A DNA stretch of 64,000 nt from Eledone cirrhosa (lineage: Eukaryota), in assembly GCA_964016885.1 (NCBI GenBank), contig OZ024752.1, positions 15,562,001 through 15,626,000 of the forward strand, given 5' to 3'. Of this stretch, positions 11,866 to 25,570 are shown piece by piece (within the stretch, counting starts at the first letter, position 1; every line of letters starts with the position of its first letter). The notes below the pieces were generated by a model. The model searched no databases. It was not told where the DNA came from and saw only the letters and a program-made list of their open reading frames with translations. The position numbers and the translations under genes were made by a program.

Positions 11866-12279
11866 CCCTCCCCCTTGTATTATAGTCTAAATGGTTGAGT
11901 ATTCCACAGACGTGTGCAATATTAACGCAATTCTCAGGGAGATTCAGCACGACACTGTGTGTGACAGGGCAGGCGATATGATTTTACAGGTATGGCTACT
12001 TGTTTTTCCCGAGCTGGAATGATGTGAAAGGATGTATCGTGCTCAAGAAAAAAATGCGCTGCTTGGAATCTAACTCAGGGGTTACAATGATAAGTCGAAC
12101 ACTTTAACTATAAGCTACTTGCCTTCACCATATACATTATAACTTTCAAATGTCTTGCGATTCAATTCTACAATTATGTTCATGGTTTCGTGCCAAAGAG
12201 TTCTATTTATAAAAAATCGCTCTCCATTACCAGAACAACGCAAAAAAGAGAATTCAGATTACTTAAAGGATGTGAAGCT

Positions 12280-12570
12280 CCCGAGGCCTAGTGGTAAGTA
12301 CATTGGACTTTGGATCGTAATGTGAAGTGTTTTGATTCCTGGGCCGGGTTTTCTGCGGTGTTCTTGAGTTCAACACTTCAGTTTACGTTGATCCTGTCAT
12401 TATACTCAACTGAATATATGTACCACCAGCAAGAGCATAGCTAGGGATTTAACCCTGCGGTGGGCTGTAATCCTGTGCAGGATAAAAGGGAAGGCTTGTA
12501 TTCTAAGTCGTTTAACCCCACGAAAACAGGGATAAGCATCTGCCTCATGACTGTCCTAGCTCGAGACAGA
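12280..12570 (+). mobile_element. Degenerate tRNA-derived SINE, third family
   Basis: A-box ggcctagtggt, B-box-like tttgattcct, gtgttcttgag and aaccctgcggtgggc...gggataagc. A 3' fragment recurs at 35645-35745. Confidence 0.55.
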
Positions 12571-12642
12571 TTTGGATTTTAGAGTTCAGCCACATGGCTA
12601 GAAGTTTGATACCAAAGCTATGAAGTAACTACCCTTAAAAGG

Positions 12643-12775
12643 ATCGGTAGATTAGTAGAATCGGTAGAGTGCTGGACAACGTACAATGCAGCATCATTTG
12701 ACACTCTCCGTTCTGGCTTCAAGTCCTACCCAGGTCAACTTTGCCTTTCATCGTTCTGGGTTCGATAAAATAAAC
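12643..12775 (+). mobile_element. Degenerate SINE copy
   Basis: ccaggtcaactttgcctttcatcgttctgggttcgataaaata. Confidence 0.7.
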
Positions 12776-12862
12776 ATACAGACAAAAGCTTAGGGCGACA
12801 AACCGTGTACTTAAAATAAATGTTTTTATTATATCATTAATTTTTTATTCGTTAACGGTGAA

Positions 12863-13050
12863 GGGCGGTGAATTGGCAGTATCGGTAGAGGGTTGGACGC
12901 CATGCTTTCTAGCATAGTTACGTCCCTTTACGGTTTCATTTCAAATCACACCGAGGTTAACTTTGCCTTTCATCCTTACGGGGTCGATAAAATAAAGTAC
13001 CAGTAATGTACTGGGTAATTGCTGGCCTTGTGCCTAAAGTGGAAACAATT
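12863..13050 (+). mobile_element. tRNA-derived SINE
   Basis: Full-length match to the window consensus. Confidence 0.9.
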
Positions 13051-13524
13051 AATTTTTATTCATTAACAATAAATCATAAAAAAGTTAAGGTCTCAAATAA
13101 CTAACGGCCTCAGCAGATCAAAGTTAGGGTCTCATAAGGGCTTCAGCAGATCAAAGTCCGGCCCTGTGTATCAGCAAAGTAGTGGGCTCGATACAATCGA
13201 CTTCAATCTTATTCCAAAATTGCTGGTATTGTGCCTAAATAGAATCCTTATTATATCCTTCTACAAGACGGATGTTATGAAATTCGGGGATTTGTGGGAG
13301 TCACATAACGAATAATTTGTGAAGGTTTTAAGGTCAGATTCGTTCAACCAGATAAAATTATCGGAGGAAAAAGGTAAATTCTCCTTCAAAATTCTAAAAA
13401 GAAGTTATCACATACTTAGCTTTTAAAATTATATACATGATATTATTACACTTGTCTTAAATACGTGTGTAATATAATAAATATTTACCTGAAATACTTG
13501 TGAGTGCAATGTGGTAAACGAAAC

Positions 13525-13720
13525 CCGTGAGGGTGACCACGTTTGGAGAGGTCTGAACGCTATATTTTTTTATCTGCGGTGCTAGAGGAAATCAATGAAG
13601 GTGACCACATTGTGAGATGTCTGGACTCTATATATATTAATCTGAGGTGGTAGACAAATTCCGTGAGGGTGACCACTTTGGGAAAGGTCTGAATGCTATA
13701 TTTCTTTATCTGGGGGATTG
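13525..13720. repeat. Three degenerate ~70-bp tandem units
   Basis: gggtgaccac...gtctgaa.gctatat...atctg repeated three times. Confidence 0.7.
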
Positions 13721-14692
13721 ATGTATTCTGTCACTTAGTTTAACCTATCAAACAATAGACAAGAGCATGTAACCACTGCCTGTATTACGTCATATCCTCC
13801 AAGTGGGAGAGGCAGTGAATAGGAAGTACAGAGGGGTTCACGCATGGGTATTGACGGAATTTCAGATGGCCAAGTTAGGGATTTACAAGATTGACGATAC
13901 AGGACACGTTATAACAATAGTAAGTAATAAAGTTCTTAATATTTTAAATATTGTTTTTCACAAAAGCCGAGGGATATTACAAGAAAGGCTGGACCTTTGG
14001 TGTCTAATGAAGTCCATTCTTTTTGCAGGGATGAACATTTTAATTGAATATAATAGCGCTTTCATTTTTAATCTTCAAAGTCGTTAGTTGATAGAATTTT
14101 GAGGATAAAATTTAGGGTTTTTCTTATAAATTCTGATGCTTTTTGAACAAATATAGCTTTCAAAACTCTTGTGTTTCTCCAACTCCAAAAAGAAGCATTA
14201 GCATGATGTTATGCTACTGTTCAATATAAGCCCTAGCGCATTTTTGCGAGGAAGATTAATATGAAAATAATATAAAATGCAGACTTCCAGAGGATTGTTG
14301 TTTACTGACATAAACATTTTAACGATATTCTGTTTAACTCTATATGTATCCTTTATTTTTTACATCAATATTTTCATCAAAACGCATGTGATATTATTGT
14401 TTGTGTAAAAATATAAGTCCTACCACGAAATTAAACCCTAGTACCCCCTCTTTTAGGGAAAGATAATATAAAACCTGTCTTAGAAAGACAGGTTTGTTTC
14501 ACTCAAACGACGTCAAACAATGTCCCCTTTCTCGTAGAATGTAAGGATTAAAATTTACCGACATAATTAACGTTTAGTGCACACCACATCTTGAATTTTT
14601 GTTCAAAAATGTTCTATTGTTAGTAATATATATTTTGAAATAAGAAATAAAATTTTGCAGAGATACATTTTGGGGAGTGTTTATATCTAATG

Positions 14693-14880
14693 ATTGTTTC
14701 TACTTTAGGCACAAGGCCAGCAATTACCCAATGCATTACTGGTACTTTATTTTATCGACCCCGTAAGGATGAAAGGCAAAGTCAACATCGGCGGGATTTG
14801 GACTCAGATCGTAAAGGGACGTAACTATGCTGGAAAGCATGGCGTCCGACCCTCTACCGATACTGCCAATCTACCGCCCT
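14693..14880 (-). mobile_element. tRNA-derived SINE with TSD
   Basis: Full copy with TSD ttatatctaatgat on both sides. Confidence 0.9.
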
Positions 14881-15530
14881 TTATATCTAATGATGTAGAT
14901 AATTAATAGGTTAACGAAGTTATATTATTTTTTTTTTTAAATCTTTTTCTTTCGTAATTCCTAGTTGTAGAAATCCTTTGACATTATCAATATTATTTAT
15001 TATTTTAGAATAATGAAATAAGTTTACTATGTTCTGGCAACACTTCCACACCTAGGGGCACTAATGTATAGATTGAAAACAATTTGGCTGTATTTTTAGA
15101 AGGTTTAACCACAATGTAAAGATTAGTCTTCGTTGGTTATACATAGGTAAAACCGTGTACAAAATATTTGTTTTCTCTGTTCCTGGCTTGTAATCACTTT
15201 TTTGTGTTGCTTAGGTCCCAAATAAATAAATAAAAAGTGCTATTAAACAGGTAAAAGTTTGGGTTTGTAAAAATTCTAAGCTATTCACTAGGACTATTTG
15301 TATGCTAGATTTTACGTTGTATGTAAGTTTAATTTGCTTATGTTAAATGATTTGTTTATATATGTTTCTGGTTAAATTAAAATTATAAAATAAAGAGTAA
15401 CACCTAAAGGAAATTATAAAAGTGCAATAAAGTATAAAATTGTTAAAAAGTGGATTAAAGAGATTTATTGATACTGGATTTTCGCACCCAGAATAAAGGG
15501 TATGTTGTATTTTAAGCATTCGTCTCCAGG

Positions 15531-16600
15531 ATGAAGCAGTGGAACTTGGTCAAGGAGGAAGTGCATGTAACAAGTCAGAGAAGTCGACACGAACTTTTCT
15601 CAGGCATTAACACTCTTAGGGATGGCCTTTGCTTCTACCATGACGTGCCTGGACTGTTTGACGTTATTGGGGTGCCGTTTGTGCCCAAGGAGTGGCAGCT
15701 ATTTATAGACAGCTCCACCACAAGTTTGAAGGCTGTCCTCCTCCACAATGGAAGCAAGTTCCCGACACTGCACCTAGCTCATTCAGTCTGCCTGAAGGAA
15801 GATTACTACAGTGTGAAAGTCCTCTTCGAAGCTCTGCAATACAAACAGTACAATTGGGAAATCATTGGAGACTTCAAGATGGTGGATTTCCTGCTTGGAC
15901 TCCAAGGAGGCTTTATCAAATTCCAATACTTCCCTTCCATTCGGGACAGCAAAGCCACCTCTGACCACTACAAAAGAAAGAACTGGGAGCTGCGAAGAGA
16001 ATTTGTAGTTGGGGCCCGGAACGTCATGTAGCAGCCACTGGTTGATCCCAGGATTGTGCTCATACCGCCACTGCACATTAAGTTGGGGTTGATGAAGCAG
16101 TTTGTGAAGGCTCTCAACCAAGAATCAGCCGCTTTTAAGTACCTTCTTGAGTTATTCCCCAAGTTATCTGAGGCCAAAATCAAAGGTGGAATTTTTGTTG
16201 GACCTCAGATAAAGAAGGTGTTTGAGTCTACCGAGTTCTCTAATAAGTTCAATAGGATTGAGAGAACAGCATGAAACTGTTTCAAGGCAGTTGTTAAGGG
16301 CTTTCTGGGCAACTACAGAGCTGAAAACTACCAGCAACTGCTGCAGGATCTGATAAAGGCTTTTGGCGCCATGGGATGCAGGATGTCGCTTAAACTCCGT
16401 ATGCTGGACGCTCACCTGGAAAAATTCAAGGACAATATGGGCGCCTACTCAGAAGAACAAGGCGAATGATTTCACCAAGATGTGAAAGAAATAGAGCGGA
16501 GGTACCGGGGCCACTACAATGAAAAAATGATGGGGGACTATATCTGGGAGCTAGTGCGGGAATGCGACCTGGACTATAACCGCAAATCCAGAAATCCAGT
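15531..16600 (+). pseudogene. Chapaev3-like transposase pseudogene
   Basis: One frame carries WQLFIDSSTTSLKAVLLHNG, GDFKMV, PPLHIKLGLMKQFVKAL, SEEQGE*FHQD and MMGDYIW. In-frame stops at ~16029, 16272 and 16467. Confidence 0.88.
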
Positions 16601-16827
16601 CATTGCTGACGTGTATAAGTTGCTTTGTAAGTGTTATTTGTTTTTACTTGTTTGCTTTTGATAAGCTTGTGTAATAAAATAAATATATATATTGTTGATT
16701 TAATTATATGAACTGATAAATTTTTTAAAATGTGTTTTTTCTTGAAAAATATAGAAATTTCGAAATATCAAACTCCTGACCACAAACCCAAACTTCTGAT
16801 TAAGTAATAGTGTGTTTTTTTATAATA

Positions 16828-16994
16828 ATTGTTTCTACTTTTGGCACAAGGCCAGCAATTACCCAGTACATTACTGGTACTCTATTTTATCGACCCCGTA
16901 AGGATGAAAGGCAAAGTGAACCTCGGCGGGATTTGAACTCAGACCGTAAAGCATGGCGTCCGACTCTCTACCGATACTGCCAATCCACCGGCCC
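16828..16994 (-). mobile_element. SINE nested in the DNA transposon
   Basis: Consensus match with an internal deletion. TSD tttttataataat. Confidence 0.88.
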
Positions 16995-17214
16995 TTTTTT
17001 TTATAATAATGGGATATAACAAACCAGGAAATGATATTTAGAACCGGGGAACAAAAAATATGTTACACGGTGTAATCAGTCTGGGGTGATGTGACAAAAA
17101 TAATATATACCTATACAAACTGAAAGACATGACATGATATGATAATGGGAGGGCTCAAACGACATGCAAAAGTACCTTAAATCCAACCACAGCCAGCTAT
17201 TGGAACATATTCTT

Positions 17215-18900
17215 CATTGACGATACCTAAATATGGAATGATACGCGATGCCACCTCCGCAAACCCCGGCGGTCAGGATGGAGAAGGCGTTTCCCCGGAG
17301 GATGGCAAGGGATACGCGCTCGAAAATACACTCCAGCTCGCGGGGTAAACACCTGCGGCTGGCCACCACAGCGGCTATGGTGGTGAATATAGAGATAGGC
17401 CTATGGCCCAGGACATCAGAAGTCTCCTCTGCCAGGGGTACAACCGCAAACCTGTCGCAGGGAGACCGGTGTTTGAGGAATTTGGCCTCCTCAGCTCGAC
17501 GTGCAGCAGAACCTGGGTTAGTCGCAGAATGCACCAGGTTGTGGCTGCAGAAAGTGAAGGTGCAAGTGGCATCTCAGACGAGGGGTTTGCCACCACGGAA
17601 CGGGAAGATAGTCATGCCATCTGGTCTTTTTCAGTCCCCTCCGTCCAGCCCCGCCGGCTCGAGCTGAGAAGGGAAGCGTGCAGCCTCCAAGCCATGCTTT
17701 ATGATCTCGTTGAGGGGAGCATGGCGTGGAAGGCGGCCGGCACAGTGGCGACAGGAAAGCGGGTGGAGGCCGAAATAATCCACGGTGGATCCGCAGCGGC
17801 ATTGGTGTGGCTCGTAGATCCGGAGGCTGAGCCTCAAGGTAACGCCGATGCGCAGGCTATTGTAGTTTAGCTGCCTGCCAGTGGATAAAGAGGGCAGGGC
17901 ATGGAGCCAGGCACCGCTGTGGGGGTATGGGGGCCGCACGAAAACAGGCAAGGCTATGCTGGTCGAGCTGGCGCGTGAGCCTGTCTGAGGCCAGGCGCCA
18001 CAGGATGGCATCCCAAGTGCTTTGGGGGGACTTGACGTCAACGAAGGGAGAACGAGGAGGGGTGTCTACTGGGATAAGTCCCAGTCGGTCACACGTCTCA
18101 CCGGCGGCCTCACGCTCTCTGAACACAGGGGGTTCTCTTGTTTTGAAGAACCCTGCTGTAGAGGACGCGGCACGAGGTTACCGATGAAAGATACGCCGGC
18201 AAGGCCAGTGTGATCGGGGACCGGAGGCCAAGTCCGCCATATCAGACGGGTAAAGTGGCCTGTTGCCATCCAGTGTCGTCAAACTTGACGTTGCATATCT
18301 CCTCGGCTAATGCTCGGATAAATGTATCGAGGTCAGCGAGGATAGATGTGTGGGTGTAGCACGGAACGCTGCGAAGGGTATAGAGGAGCTTCGGCATGGT
18401 GAAGCAGTTCTACAACAGAAAAAGAGCTGGGTAGCCCTTGATCAAGCCGTGTCGGCTAGTTAGAGTCTGGTGGAGCGGATGGATCGGTGACCCGAGGATG
18501 AGGACATCCACATTAGGGGTCACCTGTACCTGTTGGAGAATGGACCGCACGTCCGAGACAGAGGCGGCAAAGATCTCAGCATCGTGGCTGACATTCAACA
18601 CCTCCGACTTTGCCGAGATGACTTGGAGGTCGATTCCCGCAAGGGCAGGAACCACTGATTGTAGGTCATGGCAGACATTATGTACTGGCCCGCCTAACGT
18701 AGCATCATCCAGATCACAAACGTTGAGAGGGGCCTTGATACTCCGGGCGATGTGGTCTATACGAAGGGCACACATAGGGGTCCCAAAGGGTGGCCCTGTT
18801 GGACCCTTGTGGCTGAAGGTATGACCGTATCAGCAGCAAGGAGCATGCTCGGGGCTTCATAGGATAGGTAGGCCAGATAATATAGTACAGTATCTTCTGA
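17215..18900 (-). mobile_element. CRE-clade (restriction-like endonuclease) non-LTR retrotransposon relic
   Basis: RT motifs VQQGHPLGP and DLDDATLGG; HSGAWLHALP; zinc knuckle CRCG..HPLSC; RH motif; RPDGMTIFPFRGGKPLV*DATC; VVPLAEETS. Several frameshifts. Confidence 0.85.
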
Positions 18901-18982
18901 AGGGTGGCGGGGATTGGTTGCTATTTCAGATCTAGATATGTAGAGGCAGGTATACCCCATTGACTTATACATACACTCTCAT

Positions 18983-19624
18983 TCATATATATAATACAGA
19001 GGATGTCTGTGTGTGTGTGTGTCTGTGAGTTGGAAACCCTAAAACTCGAGAAGTACACAACCGATCTTTTTCAAACTTTTACATGTGTATTAATTATGTT
19101 TCAGGGAGTGATATGCACATAAAATTCAACTTGTTGATCCCCTAGAGCCGGCATTTAGTGAAAAGCTGCGATTTTTCAGCATTTTAGGGTTTTTTTTAGG
19201 CGTTACGTCAGACCGATTTCCTTGGAATTGTAACTATGTATTAGTCAGTCTCTTCTTCATACTCTGAGATAAGAAAATCTAACCTTTTTATGGCCTAGGG
19301 CCCGCATTAGGTGAACACCTTTAGTTTTTCAGCCTTTTAGGGCACTTTTGAGACGTTACGTCTAGCCGATTTTCCTGAAATTTCAAGGCATATTATACAC
19401 ATAAAAAAAAATTAATTTTCTTGATCCCCTAGGGACCGCGTTAGGTGAAAATCTGCATTGTTCCTGCTTCATCGAAGAAAATCTTAAAGATTATCCAGCC
19501 ATCAGAGTATTCAGCTTATTTTCTTTACATATTGTCCAGGCATGCTGTTTTTCCACGATTATGTCTCTCGGCGGCCCGCGTTACAAAATACCATAACCCG
19601 TGCAACGCCGGGTTCCACTACTAG
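18983..19624 (+). mobile_element. Non-autonomous Helitron-like element
   Basis: 5' TC-(AT)n-gaggatgtctg, 3' hairpin cccgtgcaacgccggg, then CTAG|T. The 5' end is homologous to the reverse complement of 34500-34594. Confidence 0.75.
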
Positions 19625-19823
19625 TACTCTCTAAAACCATATTCCAAAAATAGAATTTCTTTTACAACCCTACTTTTGTCAATCCCGTTTACCTTCCTCA
19701 CCCATAGAATTTATCTCTAGCTTACATTTCCCCTCTTCGCCACCCCCATCTGAACATTTGGACAGTCCATTAACACAATTCTGATACACACACATACTTA
19801 CAGAAAATCTTCCCCTCCCTGGC

Positions 19824-20455
19824 GAGAACACCAGGATGGGAAAAAACTCATCAGTATTCCACCAACATGCCAAAATAGAACATAGGAGAACATTGGAGAA
19901 CATGGAGATAAAGATTATTTCCGCACAGAAAAGATGCAATGCTCAGACAAATTACAGACGCAACAATCATAAACGAGCTCCAACCAAAATTAAACAGAAA
20001 ACATGAATGGAATAGCAGCATCACAATTAGTAATTAAGGACAAAATGAAGACATACGAACACACATATAGAACAAACAACCAACTGGTGACAAGTAAATA
20101 AACCTATAAATAAATAAAAATACATACACATTCAGATGTAACGCATACACAACGTAAGCTCACAACACAAAACGAACAAAAACAAGATGGTTTAGGACAG
20201 AAAAAAGGAGAGGCACACAAAATTAAAATCCAAGTCACTGAGGAGGTCAAAGAAAGTGTGGTGAGAGAGCTTTGAAAATATTTAAACAACCTTCCGTTTA
20301 TCGATCCAACCAACCGGAAATTTATAATAAATTGAAGTGAAATGCTAAGGTGTGTGTGTTTTTATTGGCAACATGACCCTCCCCTAAAAGTACAACAATA
20401 CCTGTTTCAACACACGTTTTCAGATAAGAAAGCTCGCAAAACAAATTCAAAACCG

Positions 20456-20460
<5 letters not shown>
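19824..20460 (+). mobile_element. PLE 3' fragment (GIY-YIG C-terminus plus UTR)
   Basis: Translates SSVFHQHAKIEH...EIKIISAQKRCNAQTITDATIINELQPKLNRKHEW. A degenerate CTGAGGA...GAAA follows at 20238-20310, and the fragment ends in (TA)n. Confidence 0.7.
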
Positions 20461-20495
<35 letters not shown>

Positions 20496-20859
20496 GGTGG
20501 CTGCCAACTCGTTTTCGAGTACGGCCACTACTTTATATCCATGTAGGAGAACCCCTACCGATGCGCTGAACGAGTGTGACTTTTTAGTCCAGCCAGCGAC
20601 TTGAAAACTCTGGTACAAACACTACACTTGTGACAATTACTGACACATAGTGCTGGGCCCATGGTACCATGTGACGACAAGTGCAGAGAGATCTCCAGAT
20701 ATAAAGCAATGCCTGTGCCGTGAAGCTTTTATAGTGAGCAAAGGCACTGCACAAAGCCAGTCCCACTCTCTTAACCAAGATGATATTTACCAAAAAGAAG
20801 AACAAGTCAACATCATTGGATACCATCAGGGTTGCAGGTGTTATATCAGAGTTTTCCTT

Positions 20860-21100
20860 CTCCTAGAATTCTGCCTTGACAAAGGCTAAGGGGTCATCTC
20901 TCCCGGTGATTTTGGATGGCCATTGACTCTTAAGAGCTCCTTTGCCCTTTGACAGGTTTTGTTTTTAGTCCTGCAGGATGTCCAAAGTCACCCTCCTCAC
21001 CAAGAAACCTTGGTGGGGTTGCCAGTTTAGTCGCCAACGACCCGACCATGGGACAGGTTGTACTGGGATACATGTTACCAGTAGCACCAACTGGTGACCT
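20860..21100 (-). mobile_element. Second copy of the RTE-5'-like repeat
   Basis: Reverse-complement similarity to 8150-8430. Confidence 0.65.
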
Positions 21101-21519
21101 TACATACATACATACTTACATACATACATACTTACATATATACATACTTACATACATACATACTTACATACATACATACTTATAAACATACATACATACA
21201 TACATACATACATACTTACATATATACATACTTACATATATACATACTTACATATATACATACTTACATACTTACATATATATATACATACACTCATGTA
21301 TTCACACATACATACATATGTATATGTGTGTGTGTCTAACCCTATATGTATATTTGTAATTGTCTTTGTTTCACAACGTAGTGTCGCGTGAAACTGGTGA
21401 AAAATATACTATACTTAAAATGGAGGCGATATAATCGGCTACATTTTACGTATTTATCATTTCAAGATTTTTTGTTTCGTTAGAATGTTTTCTATAAATT
21501 GACAAATATATTTCAAATA

Positions 21520-21777
21520 TGTCCATCCTATACGGACAAAGGCGAAAATGTCTGTCTGTATGCAAGCGATGTATTTCCAAGGTTTCCATCAGATTTCATC
21601 CAAATATGATACATTATTTAGCTCCCGAAGCATGGCAACATATAGTTCAAATCTTTCTCTCCCCTAAAATAGGAGATTTCTGGGGCTATTTAAAGACGAT
21701 CTTGTTGAGAAGAAAGGGGGATCTAAATTTACAGTGGCGAAAGGTGTCCCCGACAACGCCAGGCTCTTTTGCTAATA
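21520..21777 (+). mobile_element. Short Helitron-like element
   Basis: tgtctgtctg near the 5' end, and 3' cccgacaacgccagg...gctaat resembling the other Helitron termini. Confidence 0.4.
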
Positions 21778-22954
21778 TGTAATCTCTCTCTTATCAAATA
21801 TTTGTATAATTATCATAATTAAATATGACCAACTCTATTTCTTTACAGATTTCAAACGTTTTTATAGAAAATGTAGAAGGGGAGAATACGAATGACTGAT
21901 TTGGCATCAACTATTAAAAGATCAATCTCTGTCACAAATCTATTTGGATATCAGAAATACAAATAAAGTTTATGACCTTCGACTAGTGAGTACACATTTA
22001 AACACATTTTGCTATTTCTTTGTAAACCAAATTTTTAAGTTAGTGCTATTATGTGTATATGAAATTCACTGAGAAAAATATTTACTACATAAAATGTATA
22101 AAAGTAATGGTTTCTGATTTAGGCACAACGCCAACAATTTTTGTGGAAAAGGGGAAGTCGATTAAATCGACGCCAGTGCGTAACTGGTACTTTATTTTTT
22201 GCGACTCCGTATTTTATTATATGATTTTGATTTCTTTCAGATATATATATAAATACTGGACCACCCGTGACCCGTTGGGTCACGTTCAATTCAAAATATA
22301 TTTTTTTAAAATCATGTTCACTTAAAAATAATTTTTAAATAATTAAAAGATACACAGACATATATATATTGTGAAATGAGACTGGAAGGCCCATATATAC
22401 ACGTGTGTGTATGCATATATATAAATGTGTGTATATATATATATATATATATATGGATGTATGTGATCTATACACATTGGTCATAGACACACAAACATAT
22501 ATATATATATATACACAACACCACCACCACCGGTTCTCTCTTCCATTCTCATTTTCTGTCTCCGCTCCCTCTCTCTGTCTTTTTCAATTTTATCTCTCAC
22601 AACCACTATCTCTTTCCCTCGGGATCCCGTGCTCTGATTTACGCGAAACTTATTTTATTCCATTTGTATTCCCATTTCAGGGTCAACTTTCAAAGTATTT
22701 TCCCATTATGCGCCCTTTTGACTGTATTACATTAGAGACAAGCAAGCAAGCAGTCACAGACTTTTAGTATTATATATATAGATATGTAAATATGTAGAGC
22801 ATTGTATGACAGTTTGGTATGGTGCCGTAACTACTGATGGATTAGTAGGGGTGACGTATTAAACCTGACAGAGCACTTCTCCTTTCCAGGTCTGAATACA
22901 ACATAGTAAAGGACAGCAAGTGTGAGAGAGAGGATGCGAGAAATATATATATAT

Positions 22955-23082
22955 GAGGAATATACTCCAGTATTTAACGGGTACTTTTTTATTGACCTCG
23001 AATGGATGAAAAGCAAAATTGTCCTCGGCGGAATTTGAAATCATTCTACCGGACGTTGTGATGACTCTGCCAATTCACCGCC
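22955..23082 (-). mobile_element. Diverged SINE copy
   Basis: ttattgacctcgaatggatgaaaagcaaaattgtcctcggcggaatttgaa...ctgccaattcaccgcc. Confidence 0.75.
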
Positions 23083-24609
23083 TACAGTTAATACAGGTAG
23101 TGTGCCTGAAATAAGCAGTCCATATTTGTTGTTTCCTTTTGCAATTTACTCTAGCATAAAAATGTTGCAGGAAAATGCACAAAGAGCAAAGAAAAGAAGT
23201 TCGATTTAATTGGATGATTCCGGCGATTCCTTTTCTAAATTTGGAATCATCTGATTTGGAAATAAATACATTTATAATTCCAATTATACTTAAGGATATA
23301 GAGCCCATTATTATCACATAGCAATAGATAATATATAACTGTGTTTAAAACAGTGTTCGATACACGCAGATACAAACAAAAGCAAAGGCGTGTGTGTGTG
23401 TATAAAACCATATCTTTTAGATGCCCTACGATGAATGCCAAGTGTCTCGAATCTAATGCTATCCACGAGCATAATATAAACCTTAAACAAAAACCTAATC
23501 CTGATATAAAATTATAATGATATTTTAATGGATACCAAAAATGTTCAGTTTTAATTGCTTCCTAATGCAATAAAACAAAGTACGGTTTTACTTGTCATCC
23601 TTTGTTCTTTATGTATTTCTTTCGCATTGTACCGTTTCTTTTTAAAAACTTATCAGCCATTAATTACATATCTCACATTTCTTCGTAGTAACTACACTAT
23701 TTAATTTAGTGAATTTTGAGATTTCATTTAATTCAAATCTATATATAAATTTCTGCGATTCGGTCACAACGCGCAAAGAGAGAGAAGTTTGACCTCGTGC
23801 TACACCTCTCTCTCTTTGCGTCTGCTGCCTGCGTGAATATATGTGTGTGTAAAAGGAAGGAAGAGGGTGGTGAACAAACTATAGTAAAATAACAGCTGGC
23901 TTTTCATCTGTTACGCTGTGTATGTGTGAAGTATTTTATGTGAACGTATGTGTGTTTGTGTGTATATGTCTGAGTGTGTATGTTTTTGTACGTGTCTGTT
24001 TGCACGTTTATATTTATATACCCATACATATAAATGTATAAATTTGCATATACTCACACGTACACCCATATACACACTGAAGTATTGAAACAAAATCATA
24101 GTCTTATTACAATTTCACCAGTCCATGCTCCCCAGCCATTCCTCTCTATCATTTCATTTATCCCTCCAACCCCTACTCAGGTAAAAGCTAGAAATAAAAT
24201 AAGGAAGGCTTCAGAATCTCCCTTTGAAGACGTAAATGACAAAAGAATTTCATTAATATTTTTTCAATCATAGGTTAACATCTTCCTTAAGCATTTCATG
24301 TTAGAAACGAATCACAGCTAGACATGTGAACACAGCAGATATGTGAACACAGCCAAATTTATGTATTCAGTCGAGGAGTTTAGTAAAGTTTTCTGGATCT
24401 TGAAATTACATCGACAGGCGACATAGTAGCATGAATTATTTACGAATATTTAAATTTTGAACGGCGCTGGTCCTGTTAGGACGAACTATTCGTCAGTAGC
24501 CAATATGTCCAAACTGGAATACCAATCGAAATGTTCGTCTCCAAACTATGGGCTTCCTATATAATTGAAATATTGGATGTGTGGCAGCTGACAGGTCTAT
24601 GGAGGTGAG

Positions 24610-24673
<64 letters not shown>

Positions 24674-24676
24674 TAC

Positions 24677-24708
<32 letters not shown>

Positions 24709-24714
24709 GCGTAC

Positions 24715-24759
<45 letters not shown>

Positions 24760-24762
24760 TAC

Positions 24763-24803
<41 letters not shown>

Positions 24804-24843
24804 TACATATGTATATATATATATATATATATGCGTACATATG

Positions 24844-24887
<44 letters not shown>

Positions 24888-24895
24888 TACATATG

Positions 24896-24949
<54 letters not shown>

Positions 24950-25170
24950 TACATATGTATGTATATATTTATATATATATATATGCGTACATATGTATGT
25001 ATATATATATGCGTACATATGTATATATATATATGCGTACATATGTATGTATATATATATATATATGCGTACATATGTATGTATATATATATGCGTACAT
25101 ATGTATGTGTATATATATAGGTGTGTGTGTTTGCATGTGTGTATATATTTATATATTTATATATATATAT

Positions 25171-25231
<61 letters not shown>

Positions 25232-25353
25232 CATACATACATACATATATGCGCATATATATATAAATATATACACACATGCAAACACACACACACCTAT
25301 ATATATACTCATACATATGTACGCACATATATATATATATACATACATATGTA

Positions 25354-25400
<47 letters not shown>

Positions 25401-25570
25401 GTGTATGTGTAAATATGCATGTGTATGAACATATATATATGTATGCCTAGACATATATATATATATGTGTGTGTGTGTGTGTACACAAATACGCATATAC
25501 ATATGTATACACACACACACACATATACCCATATATATATATATATATATATTATATATGTATATATGAG
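24610..25570. repeat. Compound (TA)n microsatellite with gcgtacatatgt units and an internal inversion
   Basis: Direct reading. Confidence 0.95.

Larger units (their letters stand above)
15151..17072 (+). mobile_element. Chapaev3 (CMC)-type DNA transposon
   Basis: Imperfect TIRs (a/c)accgtgta..atattt..gtt and aacaaaaaatatgttacacggtg, with a TAA 3-bp flank on both sides. Subterminal aagtttgggtttgt pairs with acaaacccaaactt. Contains a transposase relic. Confidence 0.75.
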
